Source of the DNA: Tubiluchus corallicola | Taxonomy: Eukaryota > Animalia > Priapulida | Length of the DNA: 58,797 nucleotides | Direction of reading: 5' to 3' | NCBI GenBank assembly: GCA_030141605.1 | Contig: JAQGDQ010000814.1 | Span: 34,027-92,823, forward strand | In this document: positions 22,530 through 37,494 of the stretch, in pieces | Layout: the number at the start of each line of letters is the position of its first letter | Position numbering within the stretch: position 1 is the first letter of the stretch | Translations under genes and position numbers: made by a program | The notes under the pieces: model-generated | Databases searched by the model: none | What the model saw: the letters and a program-made list of their open reading frames with translations, nothing else | What the model was told of the DNA's origin: nothing

Positions 22530-24465
22530 TTGAGAACTCTGTATTGCTTTTGTGTATGCATGCAATATTTTAGTAAGTCCTGCTTTTTGAAAACAGGAGG
22601 CACATTTCAGTTATCGTCTATAGTTTAAACCCATTAATTTAAAAACTACTTTAAATATTATTTTTTATTTTACAGAATAATAATTTAAATCACTTAGAAA
22701 CTACATTAAAAATATAGATTTCTCTTGCTATTATGTAAAAATGATCACCTTTTAAATGTTTGTAACACATAGTGCTAATACTAGATTAAATATTGGCAAT
22801 TAAACAAAAACATCAAACACTAGCAGTAAATCCCAAACTCATTCTGAAAATTATACTATAGTCATCACATGCTGTTAATCAGAATGTGATTAACTGTCAT
22901 TGCTCATGCAGTACCACTCTAATAACACTAATCTGAAATAGGATGACTTGGTTTGGTTAATTGTGTGGGCACATCACAATAAAAAACAAAGCTTGTTAAG
23001 AATCTTCTGAGTTAGATATTATATTTCGTGGTATTACATGGGGATCTACGTTGAACCTAGCCAAGTCGAACGATTCTGTTCCCATTTTATTGCCTATCAA
23101 ACCTCACTGAAAATTTGTTTTGATGACATCTTTTAATTATGATGGTGCCTACAAGTAAGCAAATGTAGTGCACAATTGTTGCTAGCTACATTTTGAACCG
23201 AAAGGTCTTCTAAGCAAATTGATTTTTCATTAATACATTATCAATTAAACGAAAACGTAAAACACTAGCAGTTAAAGGAAACCCCAAACTCATTCTGAAA
23301 ATTAATGATCACATGCAGTTAATCAGAATTCGATTAACTGTTTCATGCAGCAACTCTCTAATAATATGAATCTGTTGTAGTCGGTGGCTTTGTTTGGTTA
23401 ATTTTGTGTGGGCGCATCACAATATAAAAGAAAGTATGTTAAGCAACTTTTCTGAGTTAAGCATTATATTTCATGCTGTTCTACATTGAATCTAGCCAAG
23501 TCGAAGAATTCTGCTTCCATTTTACAGCCTATCGATCTTCACCGAAAATTTGTTTTAATGACATCATTTAATCATGACGATTCCCACAAGTAAGCAAACA
23601 TGGTGCGTACTACTCGTAGTTAGTTACATTTTGAACTGAATGGTTTTCTAAACAAATTGATTTTTCATTAATACATTAGCAGTTAAACGAAAACGTAAAA
23701 CACTAGCACTTAAACAAACCCTTGTGAACTCTGTATTGCTTATGCGTATGCATGCAAGATTTTAGTAAATCCTGCTTTTTGCAAACAAGAAACATATTCT
23801 GGAGGTGCACTTCAGCTATCATCTATAGTTTAAGCCCATTAATTTAAAAACTACTTTAAACACCATTTTTTTAGTTTACTGAATAATAATTTAAAGCATT
23901 TAGAAACTACATTAAAATATAGATTTCCTTTGCTAATATGTAAAAATGACCACTTTTTAAATGTTTGTAACACATAATGCTAATTCTACATTAAACATTA
24001 GCAATTAAACGAAAACGTTAAACACTATCAGTTAAACGAAACCCCAAACTCATTCTGAGAATTATACTGTAGTCATCACATGCTGTTAATCAGAATGTGA
24101 ATAACTGTCATTGCTCATGCAGTAACACTAGTAAAATGAATCTGAAGTGGAATGGCTTTGTTTGGTTAATTGTGTGGGTGCATCACAATAAAAAAGAAAG
24201 TGCGTTAAGCATCTTTTCTGAATTAGATGTTATATTTCATGGTATTACATAATATACATAATATATTAGGGGGATCTACGTTGAATCTGGCCAAGTCAAA
24301 GGATTCTGCTTCCATTTTATAGCCTATCGAACCTCAACAAAAATTTGTTCTGATGAGATCAACTTATTTATGATGATGCTCACAACTAAGCAAACATAGT
24401 GTGCAATCACACAGCTAGCCACATTTTTAACCGACCGGTCTTCTCAGCGAATAGTTTTTCATTGA
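22530..24465 (+). repeat. Higher-order diverged tandem array X-Y-Y-y-X-Y
   Basis: X (about 260 bp) at about 22530 and 23722; Y (about 440 bp) at about 22790, 23233 and 23990; partial Y at 23673. Confidence 0.9.
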
Positions 24466-25859
24466 TTAGAATTTTTCGAAAATTTCAACAACGTGATTAA
24501 CTGTACATTGGTTTTTCTGAATACTCCATTTTTAGTGAGTACAAAATTCATTAACAAGGTCAGGTTTAGCTTGGCTTAATGTGTATTCACTTAACTTATT
24601 ATTCTTAAGACACCATTAAAATTTTTAGTGTAGAATTATCAGTTTACGCTATTTGGTTGTAAGTGGTGAGGCTTCAGTTACAATAACTGTTGGCAAACAC
24701 CAGGTAAAACTAACAAGACACTGCAATACTTGTATACCTATTCCATAGTATACCTGTACTTAGGTGTAGCATTTTTCTGTAGCCCTCAACTAACTACTAG
24801 GCTATTTATACAAAAAGTCATGAATTCGTTTTAAATATCAGAAACGAGACTGATATCTTTTCTTTCTTATTTAACATTTTTGCAAAAAACAACAAATTTC
24901 TATAAAGCTAATTTTTGTAATTATTAACAAATACAATTTTTCGTGTTGCCTTATTACTTGATACTGAAGAAATATTTATCAAAGAGATATAATTGTCTCA
25001 ACTTATATATCATAAAAACTTAATTTTTCTTATCAATAGAATATTTCTACTGTGTAGCATGCACAAAAACGCTAAGCTGAAGCAACGCTGTATTATTTTG
25101 TGACTTACGTACTATGATTGTCAACCTTTTTCCAAAGTAGAGCCTATTATATGAAAAGACAAATTTATTACATATAGATTCAGCATAACCTTTCAATTGT
25201 TGTTTCTACAATTTGCTACAAAAATGGTTAATGTAAATAAAAAAGTGAGATAACAACAGGTAATACTAATTATTGCCTAATTATAGGTAATTAGGTGTTC
25301 ACCATATCTCTAACAGTTAATCATTTTATGATGAACTGATACAAGTAAAATTTTTATCTATAGAGTTTCCGGAGTTGAGAAGCAATAACAGATCATCACA
25401 CTCTGACTGACTGCTTTTATGAGTTATAATAATAACTGCCTGAAGCAAGATTGGCTTTGCAGAGATAGCTGTTAGCTGAAATGAAATATTTAATAGCTGC
25501 AAATTTAGGTCAAGTGACTATGTCAGCAATATATATAACAATACATCAACCATTTTCTGTTTTGAATTTCACTGACAATTTGACAAAACACAATTGAGTT
25601 TTAATACATTTACACCCAACCAAATTTTAGATACGTTGTGAATCATAAGTAAAATTTTGATTGAAAGGTTCACAGCAGTGTTTTTTCTCAGCTAACTTAT
25701 TTGCACATTAGAACGAAAAGCCATAGAGCTTACAGTTTAGTTGTATTACTTTGCATTTCGACATTACCAATTAGTCAATAGCTACAAAAGTTGATTGGTC
25801 AGTAGCCACTTATTGTACGTACATTTTTCACATACGTACATTCTGTGTACCAGAACTTA

Positions 25860-26010
25860 GATCTCATTTGAGGCATCTAAAATATCTGTTAATACAAGAA
25901 AATGCATTGGTGGCCGAGGCTCCACCCCAGACCCAGTTGTAGCGCTCCCCCAGACCTCTAGCTGGCTGCATGCATTGTTCCATGACCCACTGCACACCAC
26001 TTTTGAGTGT
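25860..26010. repeat. Fragment of a common DNA-transposon-associated repeat
   Basis: ggctccaccccagaccc...agcgctcccccagacctctagctgg motif typical of hAT-type MITE interiors. Confidence 0.5.
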
Positions 26011-27091
26011 TGAGTCATTGCGAACCTCGCAGCAAAGCATGCAGAGCAACTTATGCCTGACCTGAGAACAGGTGTCCCATATAAGAATATGAATTAAATG
26101 CAAAAGCTAGTCATCAATGATATGTGGTGTAAGAAAATATAAATAACTGACACACATTTAAGCTATGTATCATACCCTGAAAATGCCTATCCCAAAAAAA
26201 ATTAATTTTAGTCTGTCAATTAAATTTACCACTTAAGAATTATTCAGCTTACGATTCTAGAGCAAGAACTATAACAAGATTTTCTGCGAATTTGAGAAAA
26301 GCGTAGTAATGGCAAATCTGGGTATCAAAGCAGTCATATCTCAAATTCTAATGTCATTATTATAGCTAAGTTCATTATATTAACTTGAACAGACGTATCA
26401 AAATCCAACACAAAAAAGGCAACTACAAACATTGCTGTAACATGGCTTAACATTATCAAACAATTACTGAAATGTCTAATCAAACATAATGTTACTGAAA
26501 TGTCTAGTCAACACAAAAATTGGCACATAAAAAGTTACATTTAATAAGTAATGTCAGCATTATCATTTACATTCATTAGAACTAATATTTTTCCCTTTTC
26601 TTCTCTTGTAACAAATGAATCTCTCTCTCTCTCCGATTTTTGAGTCAATTTTCTGTGAAATAATATGTATTGAAATTGCTAAAACTGCTGATAAAATGAT
26701 GGACAATTCTTGACATAAATATATAGAATTAAGAAAAAACTCCAGGACAAACAAAAATCAGCATTTCTGGGCACTTTAATTACACATAAAAGTGCTTTAC
26801 TTATTACTGTTGTCAGATGGCTAGAATTTTGACTTCATCCGATTGTTATATTTGTGCTTGCAAAGCAAACGTCCATAAATCGACATAGTTAAAACTACAT
26901 TATAATGCTTCAAAGTAGAAAGCACAAAAAATTTGGCCAAATGTCCATTTTTTATTTTTATAAAAACAAATGCTATATATATTGTACTTTCATATTCTAG
27001 CACAAATTATCAGGAAAATGTCAAAAAATACTAAATATCAAATTTTATAACCCGTTGCCCACTTTTCTGGCTAGAAACTAGTACTGGAATT

Positions 27092-27973
27092 CAGTGGCGT
27101 CGTGCTATAGGGGCCCGGGGGGGGGGGGTCTGCCCCCCATTTTTTCCCAAACTGCATTCACTCAGTATACTGTCATATGATTTTTTCTGAACTGGACAAA
27201 CTTTACCCAATGATCTCCATCGCATACCAGTTGCTTCTGACTCTGCCCGTCTTGCTCTTGTGAGAGATCCTTTTCTGCTCTTAAATTTGTCAAGAATGCT
27301 CTCAGCAGTACAATGAGTCAGTCACGACTGAGTGACCTGAAGATCCTTGCAGTTGAGGCTGAGAAAACAAAGAATATGGACTTGAAGTCTGTGGTTGAGC
27401 TCTTCTGGAATGATGTTCTGCGTCGTTAGTACAAATTTTTAGTGCATTAATTCATATGTGTCGCAGTATATCGCTTTTTACTCTTTAACCTCTTTGCTTT
27501 ATCTTGGTGTAAACTGCAATACCTGTCATTGATTTTCTACTGTACCCCTATAGTCATCCTGTAACGCATTCATGTTATGTTGTTGACTTTGACTGTGTTG
27601 CTGAATCATTTAAAAATGACGTTTGTCGTTTATTCATCATCTTCATCTTGCCTCGGAATAAAAAGTTTAGTAATTGTTAAAAATATTAAATTAAAGGTAC
27701 ATATGTTTTGGTAGTCGTCTTTTCATCGAATCTTTGGATTCCTGACAGCTAATAAATACTTAATTAAATTTTAATTTTAAATTAATTTTTAATTTTAATT
27801 AAATTTCTGTAGCTATAGCTTTCAGTTAAATGCCAGTTGGGAATAAATAAATCGTTTTTCTTGCGGGCAAAATACTGGTGTGGGAATTCAAAGTTATACG
27901 TTTTTTAAACAGTTAAGTTCCGCCATAATATACAGTCGGGCCCCCCTAATTTTTTTGTTGCACGACGCCCCTG
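27092..27973 (+). mobile_element. Non-autonomous hAT deletion derivative (Tip100/ZMYM1-like transposase remnant)
   Basis: TIRs CAGTGGCGTCGTGC / GCACGACGCCCCTG; perfect 8-bp TSD CTGGAATT (27084-27091, 27974-27981); internal LYPMISIAYQLLLTLPV..SCERSFSALK...STMSQSRLSDL hATC domain with a frameshift. Confidence 0.93.
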
Positions 27974-28485
27974 CTGGAATTGTAAAAGAACTTGCATGAA
28001 AAAGTTCTGATGGTGGCTCGTAGAAGCAGTAACTTTGTTCGTGTTTTTTCTGTTGACAAGTCCATATCTTTGTCAGGAAGAGCCATCTACTGGATTTAAA
28101 CATAACTTCAATCTGCTCTTGTAAATCCCTTAGCAACCACACTTTCATACAGTTGCTAAGTGTTTTGTAGAGACACAACAAAAAACAATGGCTGACTTTA
28201 GCAGGGATTTTCTCAAGGTTATGTTTTTCAATGCATGGTGTGTACCTCAATTTCAATCTGGACTATATCGGTTTAGAAATAATATAGAGTGATGAGCTTA
28301 GTATCAAAATGATCATCCTGAAATGGAGATTCAGGATATGTGAATCACTAGAAAAGGTTAATTGCCGACTTATAGACAATCTTGCTATGCAAGAACACAT
28401 GATGGATGTACTGTAGGTGCCACTTAATAGACTCACTTTGGGACCAAAGTGTTTTGACCAAATTAACTGACTGAACTTATTAACA

Positions 28486-28585
28486 TTACTGGTATACAAC
28501 TATGTGTCATGAGCTTAGTATGCACTGCAAAGGTTTTACTGGTATACAAGTATGTGTCATCAGCTTAGTATGCACTGCAAAGGTT
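28486..28585 (+). repeat. 2 x 50-bp tandem duplication
   Basis: ttactggtatacaa(c/g)tatgtgtcat(g/c)agcttagtatgcactgcaaaggtt twice. Confidence 0.9.
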
Positions 28586-31500
28586 TTTAATGAATTTTTA
28601 GAAATGAAGTAATGCCTAAATTCCTTTGTGCTGCTAGAAATTTAAAAAACATTTTAAAATATTAATTTATATAAGTGAATTAGCAATAAATCAAAAGTAT
28701 ACTTTTCTAAATCATGCAAGTCTGTTTATTTGCAAAAAATACAAAAAATCCTTCAAAGTCGACTGCTTCATTTTGTTGCCAAGGAGTTGGCACACACAGT
28801 TCTTATAATTATAAAAATGTTGAAAATCTGTTGCTGTGTGCTGCACTTATTCTCATAAAACAGTTAGCAATGTGCTTGAGCTGCAGTTTTTCAAACTTCT
28901 TCTCTGCTCTTATTTGCTGTATGATGTTTACTATTGTAAGTCACAAGGAATACTGGCTAATTACTGTACCTCCATCTTTGATTGTTAACTGATTAAGCAT
29001 GAGTTAATTTGCAATGAAAGCTTCAAAAGTAAACTGCGGGACAGGCGATTAAGTGTTTAGCTTCCAGAAATTCTTTGGTAATGAGATTAATTGCAGTTGA
29101 GGAGCAGGTGACAGAGGCAAAACCACTAGGCTAGCATATTAGCACATGATAAAGGTACCTGCTTACAAACAAAATGGTACATAACATGACTGTTTCTACC
29201 TATATAGTCTAGTGCACAAAAGCGAACTAATGATCACAGAAAAGTAGGTTAGGCTCTTTGGGCACACGCAAATGTCTTTTTTTAAGTATGTGAAGGAAAA
29301 ATATTGAGTCAATTATGCATAATTATTTTAGTCAATTACTGACAGTTTAGATGTACATTTGAACAGAAGCAGCCCGTGCCAGGCGTTTTTGTGTCAATTA
29401 AGCGATTGAGTCTAATAACTGTGAGTTCATTAAGTGGCGCATACTGTATTATGGTTGTGTATTGGTCTGAAACTGTTCAAAATCGAGCACTTATCATATG
29501 GTCAGATTCTGACAAAAATTTACAATCGTGTCAGTGGCAGTCAAAATCTGAGGGAAGACATTTGAGAAATGGTTGCATGATGGTTGTGTATGTATTGATC
29601 AGATTTTGATAGAAATACAACTTTATCAAAATGACACTTCCAACCAAAATCCACTGGTCAGATCGACTTTGACACTGACTTCATAACTACTGCACTTATA
29701 GAATTGCTGAACAAAAACAGTTAATCACATTCTGATTAACTGCACATACTTACTAATTAATTCTTTATCAGTTAATCATCTTATCATTAACTGCTACTGG
29801 AAAATCCATTTTCCGACAAACGGGTACAGCTAGACTTACACAGGCAACATACTTAAATACTGGTAGAATCTTGTTATCAAACAAACATATTCAGGATTCA
29901 TCAATTTAATTCATATAAATTGGTGAGACTCTTCAATATGTGATCCCTGTCTCAGTGCACACATCCAGGAATAAACACCTATAAATGAACAATTTTTCAC
30001 TGTTTTTTCTTCCATAAATGAGAAAATGTATCTAAATACTTAAACAAAAACAAATACTTAAACTAACATTAACATTTTCAAATGGCTATTGAAATATCCA
30101 ACCAGAATAACGTCATTTATGCAAATGTGCAATACGAAATTCTGTGCACTAATTCGCTAACAATCTACATGTATATAAACAATTGTGTAAAATTTCAAGC
30201 AGCTGCGAGCAATAAGCATTTTCACTGTTCCAGAGACTGACAATGATTATTAAAAGGTCAAGGATTAAGCATACCAGACAACAGATTTGTGCTTATACAT
30301 TATACAATGCCTCACTGCCCATGCTCCTGTAATAATAACAGTTTTAACAGTTACCTAGAAGCTTAGATACTTCATTTTTTCTCGTCCCCAAGCTCCTGCT
30401 AGTAACTCATTCTACACACACACTTATTCATAATTAAGTAAAATTTGGGTAAAACAACTGAAGTTAATGAATTAATGCTTTGCGTTACCCACTGTGACAA
30501 TCGATTGCAGTTAAGGTGTGTTACTGTGGTGCACTTAACCTTAGACCTACAGCAACTGTGCATGCACACAACGAAACTGTGAAAAGGCATGTTTACCAGT
30601 TTATTTCGAACAATAGGTTGCCATAATGTGTAACATGCAGCCCACTGTGTGCATTGTCCCTCTGTAGCTTCTAACTAAGCAACACAGACTATTGTACTAC
30701 ATCGCGTGTATCGATTGTCCAGTGGTTTTACTATGGCCACCAAATGGCACGTTCTTTTGCTACTCTCCATTACGCTCCTAACATTAAAATTAGGATTTTC
30801 CATTGATTTTCTTTAGTGTGAAATCTATCCACATTGAGCAATCTACCACCCCTTGGCCTCTTTCATGGTTGAATTGATTCATTGAAAGGTTTAATGAGTG
30901 GACTGCCTTTTGATAATCTCAGAGCATGACTCACCCAGTTAAGTCTTCAAGATCTGTACTTTATCTTGCTGGTCTATTTTTCTTCCTTGAATTTGACATA
31001 AAAATCTTTATTACTTATAACTTTTGAAACTTTATTTGCAATAACGATCTGTATAAATGTCTCTCAGAAATACCAACCACTACCTGATTATTCACTTTCA
31101 AGGTTCACAACTCCAAATTATATATAAAAATGGAAGGTGGACACTTGACACTGGCAAAGCTGGCATTGCAGCAGAGACCAAGTGATTTTTTTCTGCCATA
31201 CAGTGACAATCATGTGGTGAAACCCTAATACAACAAATTCTATCACATTAACCGATTTCTTTCTGGCACACAACTCAGCACTAGTTCTGAGAGCAGAGCA
31301 AAATTTACAAAGGATGGGCTGATAGCAAAGCTAATTCCTGCACACAAACTATTACATGCACACCACCAACAAAAATACAACAAATTTATGGAACAAAATT
31401 TCTCAAAAATGAATGAAATATTACAAAATCAGACTTCAACATAATTAAAACAATATCAAGCCATGTCATTATCATACAATAGAAAAGATACGGGTACAAT

Positions 31501-32049
31501 ATGGATATGGAAGTTCTTTCAGTGTAAAGTTATTATAAAAATGCTGTTTTACATATTTTGCAGTTGATTAAAGACAGGCTTGTTAAGCTCTCGAAACAAT
31601 TTTTGTAAAAACACCTAGCAGAATGAACTCATCAAAATAAACTTCTATAGATAATTACAAATGCAAGCTAGATTGATAGCAAAAATAAGTAAGCATTAGC
31701 CATGGGAAATTATTACAAAGAACATAAAAAATTGCATTACGTTTTGAAAACATTTTTTCCATCAGGTCCATTTGCACCAAAAAAAGTTCATTCATACAGA
31801 TATCCTCATCATGTCTGACGAGCACTTTGTATGAATTCTCCACTTAATATTGTACAGAAAAAAGATTATCATAAAACTTTGCAGAACAGCAAACAAAACT
31901 TCAAAACCAGAATTGCTGTCTTTCCAAAGGATATTAAGCAAATGGTCCAAATTTTTGTGCTGGGAGATTGAGAAGCACAATTCTTAAATGATCCATTCTA
32001 ACTAAGAAGATATTTTTCTTTTATCCTCCACATTTATCAAGCTAATTAA

Positions 32050-35000
32050 TAATGCAAATTTTTATCTGTCTGGACAAAAGAGATATCTCATCGACCGTGG
32101 TGTGGTATGAATTTTCTTGATTGAAGACCAGAGACTCAAAATTACGCTCTTTGTCAGAGTATAATTCATTCGGTAAACCAAAATGACTAAACAATTCATG
32201 CATTAACACTTGAGCTTCTGTTTCTTGATTGGGGAGAAGCCGTACAATCCAATCCCTTATTTTTAATATTTCCCACAGTTTCCACAAAGCCTTTGTTTCT
32301 TGGCTTAAGGCAGAAACCCTTTCATAAAAAGGTTTAAGTAAACATTCTTCAAAAAAGTCTATTATTGGAGAAAGATAGGAATCGTCTACTAGAGCTTTCC
32401 AAAATTCAGTAATTGTCAATGCTCTAAGGGTCATACAACTACAATGTTCAAAACCAGCTAGAGTATTACGTTTTGAACAAGACCTACTTTCAACAAGATG
32501 GTGGCGACAACTCAAGAATATACTGGGCTCTTAGAAGTGGATATGCTAAAATCGGAACAGACACCAAGAAATCTTTAAGCTTATTAAATGCCCCGTTGCG
32601 TTCCTCGGCACATTCAAAAACAGCAGATTTCTTTGCTAAAACATGTTACAGAGTATCTATTTTGGCATATTCGGGAATAAAACGATGATAGTAGGTTAAC
32701 TTAATCATAGACAACTCCTTAACTAACCAACGTTCTTTAGCACAGGCCAATCCCTCGCAGCCCTGGCCTTTGAAAGCTCATTTCGAACTGCACCACTAGC
32801 ATCAATGTGCCTCAAATACTGAACGTCAGTTTGGGAAGTAAATATGTCTTTGCATTGAAGTTTAGTCCTGTTTCTTGGAACAGATTAAGCACTATGGATA
32901 AATTATTCAACTGTTCTTCAAAAGCACTTGCAAAATGATCACATATCCAAATAAACGAGTACTGAATGACTCGATCGAATGTTTGAAATTTATGCGAGTT
33001 GTACAAAGACCAAAAGGCATAGCATTGAACAGCCATGAACCTTACCCGTACGAGATAGCTGTCTTCTTCTTTTTAACCTCAGCACCATCCTAACTTGATG
33101 ATAACAGACTTAAGTCTGGCGTACTAAAGCATGTCACATTTAACAAGGTATCCAGTGAATCATTGATCTAAGGTAGGGGGAAGACCCTGTTAATTATGGT
33201 CACTTTACTTAGAGCTCTATTTTCTATGCAACACCTTGTCGTCCTTTTTCTTAACTAGGACTACAGCTGAACACCAGCTGGACAAAAACTCTTTTCTACA
33301 ATATCATTTATTGCTGCATCCAGTTCCTCTTGCTGGACAGGTTCTAATTCTAATCTTCGAGGATTATGTCTTACAGGTCGAGTATCACAAGTATCTAAGT
33401 GTGAAGGTAACCAAGATCAGTTCTTCCTAAATCATGCGAACCAGCAGACAACATGTCTGCATATCCTAGCAAAAAATTCTTGACACAAAGTCGTTGAACA
33501 GGGTTTAAGTTCTTTTAAATTCTCTTTCAATGGTTTATATATAGCTGTTGTGGCAATGACTGTTGTTTATTTTCTGGACATGATTTAGAGGTGTGTGGTT
33601 CTCTCCAAGACCTCAATGGCTTCCCACCTCACCAAGAGCTTCACGCTGTCAAACTGCACATGGATAACATCAGATATTGGCAACAACTGCTGGCAATGTT
33701 TTCAAACAAGCAGCAACTGCAATTTTTCCCTGTAATGCAGTATGCCATTCCAGTAAGATGCAACTTGGCCCCAGACACCAAACCCATACAAGGTGTCAGT
33801 GGTTCGGAAGACTTGCTGGAAGTAACAACCGCAAACCACACCTGAATTGTCAAAGTTTGGCTGGCACAAATCTTGACATAACCAGACAGACAAACTTTAA
33901 GAGCAACAGTCAGGCCACCCATGCTCATTTGTGGGGACATGGGTGTCAATAACAGCCCCATTGGAATTGAGCCAATCAAGATCCAGAAATATAGGATCAA
34001 CCATATCTGGAGGTACTAAGGCTGTTATGGTTTCTTCAAGATGTAATGCATTTACAGTGACATCTTCTGGACCACGAACGATGGATGAGTTAACATTATT
34101 ACCATAAAGGTATGTTCGTGTATTCTGTTGTCTAGAGTATGAACAGCTCCAGTGTCTAATAAAATGTTACAACGGTACAAGCCACTAGTATGAGCTTCAA
34201 GAAATTTCTGATTAACTTTGGCAGAAAAGGATTGAGCAGACATGAGAAAGCTGCCTATGTTGTGAACCTGCAGTTAGTTTCCCTTTCAGATCTGCATCCT
34301 TTCAGATCCAATAGCAGTGTGGCTACTACCAAACCTGGTGGCACATGGTCATAATTTGGGAAAATTAATCACTTCATGATTGCTACATGAAGGACACTCC
34401 TTACGAATGTATGCTTTGCAACCACGACCAAAGCATTGTTCACTGAGTGAGAATGACCAGATGAGTCCCCAGCCATGTCTGGGTCACTTAGATATGTCGA
34501 ATTCTCGATTACTTGTGCATGGTGTACATACTACAGTGCATCTCTCATCCCTTTATTTGTCACCTGTATCAAATTTGCTTGACCTGAAGCCAGGTTAGTT
34601 GTTTCGTTTCCTGTAATTGCTACAGCAGTCATGCTACATGCTCCAGGAACCATTTCCAATGCTCTTGCTAAAGCTACAACTAAGCTAGATGTCTTTGCTG
34701 CATGAGCAAACATCCTTAATTTCGGATTATTGAACCAATAGAAAACTGATCACATGCAGTCCGGTCTACCACACCATTATCTACGTTAGGGTATATAACA
34801 AAATGCCAGCGTCTCAACTCACTCAGCAAACACCCTCAAGTCTCCACCCTTCCTTTGACAACATGTTTGAAACTGTCCTCTCAATTTGCATGACCGTGCC
34901 TCTGATCAAAAGCCTGAAACAAAGTAAGGCAACTTTGACGCTGTCCGGGGGGTATGTGCTCTAGCACAGCCATGGCCTTGACTTGTAATCCTACTGCAGT

Positions 35001-35130
35001 TGGTATGCGGCTTCCTGGTCAGATGTACCACCTATTGACATGAACTACCATAGGAAACTGAACTTTATAGGGTAACTTGTCTTATCAGGCAAACCTGCCT
35101 CATCAAACTGTGGATCATACCTGCTGGTTT
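32050..35130 (-). mobile_element. Degraded Ty3/Gypsy internal region (gag-PR-RT-RH-IN)
   Basis: CNILLDTGAVHTL protease; LPLP*INDSLDTL RT remnant; FSHFGLPNELYSDKERNFES integrase; heavily disrupted. Confidence 0.85.
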
Positions 35131-36174
35131 ATTCCAAATTAATGTTCAACTATATTAGAATTAGAAAAATTATTGCCAGCCCATTGCTTATTATTACTAT
35201 TAATCTGCAAATTATCAGGAGCTTGTAAGTAAGAAACTTCACTACTAAAACCCCCTTTCAGGTATAAGGACAAGTACTAACTGACACATCTTTAGCAACA
35301 GAGTGCTGCCCATAATAATTAAATGCAACGTTCCCTCATATTTGACGCAATAGCATAATCTCCTGCTGTTGCTTATCGTACCGAGTATGCGATTGTAGTA
35401 TTACGTGACCCATTTAATTGTTAGTCTACTACACTAAAGTACTGAATTAGTCTATGCTGCCATCTACAGTCGTTTTTTACTCTAATTGTACAAATTTTGT
35501 TAGATATTAATTGATTTTGTTTCTAAATATTGTTTCCCTTTGCTTTTATAGATATTCATTAATCAGGGTAATTAGATTGTTAATTTCATGCTTTACTTCT
35601 GGTTCTAACTCTCTTATTCAAGTTAAAATAGAAAAAAATTATAACACAATTTTCTGTAAGCAAATAATCTTTATTCTGCTATCAAACAAGCCAAGTAGAG
35701 TTTGATTTTGTGACTAGTAGTCTATAGAGTATAGGTGACCATTTCATTTATGATCTGTATGCATGAATGTGATGTACCTTCCAGTAGGAACTTGAAGCTC
35801 TGGTCATGTGATTTACAGCTCATTTCTCTCAAGGCAGGTAAATATCAGTTGATCTAGAGAGAGCAATGTTAAAGGATGCAAATGTTCTACTATTAAAGCA
35901 ATGTTAAAGAATGCAAAATTTCTACAGTATCATATTGCTAACTTTTATGACTGTTTGTTCAGTTTTGTTACTGAAGTGAACATTGTATACGTTTTAAAGT
36001 AAAATGATTGCAAGTTTCTACACCTGCCAATTAAATTATTAAATACACATTAGTATGCCAATGCTTTGTGCTAGTTTATGCTAGCAATGCAAAATTTTCA
36101 TTTGTGTAAACATTGGCACTTGGATGTGTAATGGGAGTGGACTTCTGTATTGGTGTTTTAATTGGTTATGCCAA

Positions 36175-36328
36175 AATTCACATGGCCGAAATACGCGAAT
36201 TGTGCTGATGGATGCAGATAAAAAGAATTATTGCCCAATGCTCTAAGCTGCAGAAATGCATTAACCTAATGCACTTCCGCAGTTTCGTATCCATCAACAC
36301 AGTTTGTGGTTTTCAGCCATGTGAATTC
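36175..36328. repeat. Degenerate foldback (MITE-like) inverted repeat
   Basis: aattcacatggccgaaa... pairs with ...tttcagccatgtgaatt; inner hairpin ctgcagaaatgcatta-acc-taatgcacttccgcag. Confidence 0.65.
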
Positions 36329-37494
36329 TGAGAAGTTTCAGCTTACAGAAACTCTAATCAAGATCTACAAAACCTGGCTGACACAGGCTGAACTCACCAA
36401 GGGAAAACAAGCAGTCGTTTTGCAATCTACTGCAAACCTATATTAACTGACTGACAGTTAATCATATTCTGATTAACCGTGAATATAGGTAAATCGAAAT
36501 GGCATTGTTTGTGAACAACAGTTAATCACAATGCGACCAACTGTTCCATCACCAGTGCACAATTTCGGCACCTGCCTGCACAGCACTGTTATAAATTTCC
36601 CTAATGCAAACTGCCATTTCTGTTCCTGTCTGTGTTCTCATCTAAGTCATCATTAAATTTTATTATTGTCTGCCTAGCTCTACATTCACATTTCATTTCT
36701 AACCAAGAAGAAGGTCTTATTTGCCAATTATCAATATCCACCTCAGCTGTTTTATAAGCACTAACCTGACTTTCCCCTGCTTGGATCTCATTCTTGGCAC
36801 AATCCAAAGTCTGCACACCATAATGTTACCTGTGGCTATTTCAGGTAATAAGTGTATGTCGATCGTCTTCGCTCAGTTCTAAATAGCATAGTGCAACTTT
36901 ATGTTAAACCTTGACAGGAAATCTGTTAAGGAGGGCATCAAAACACGGATAAAATCTAGACAACACGGCAACTTTGATGAATAATAACGGTTATAATAAC
37001 CTTCAATAATCAATAAACATAACTGGTATTAATTTTACTTCCAACTATCAGTGTGCTGAGAACATCAGACTGTACACCTTTTCTCACTTTATATCACAAT
37101 CAGCAACCTTCTCTACTAACAAGCATATCTGTGATTCTGTAACTTCCTCGCTAAAATATCAATTATAATCGAGTACCATGAACAATAATTTTGCTGACAC
37201 CAACTGCATCGAATCAAACTTTAAAATTAAAGCCAACTGAAAATCATTTCGTTTACATGGGATGATCATTGCAGAAAGCATGAACATTGTAAAGACGTTC
37301 TTCTTGCTTGCATTGTAGCAACTCCCTGTGGAACAAGGTGGTACAGTATCATGCAGTGTTGTCAATACACTGTTCAGCAAGACAAAACAAATTAAGAAAA
37401 CAAAAGCAGACTGCTACTTGGTGCAATTGGCAATTAAAAATAGCCTAAATGCATATACAACAATGCAGTTTGCATTGGGAACTATGATGATATT

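Noticed and set aside
22530-24465. CRISPR-like array
   Set aside because: Eukaryotic DNA; units are long diverged duplications without unique spacers
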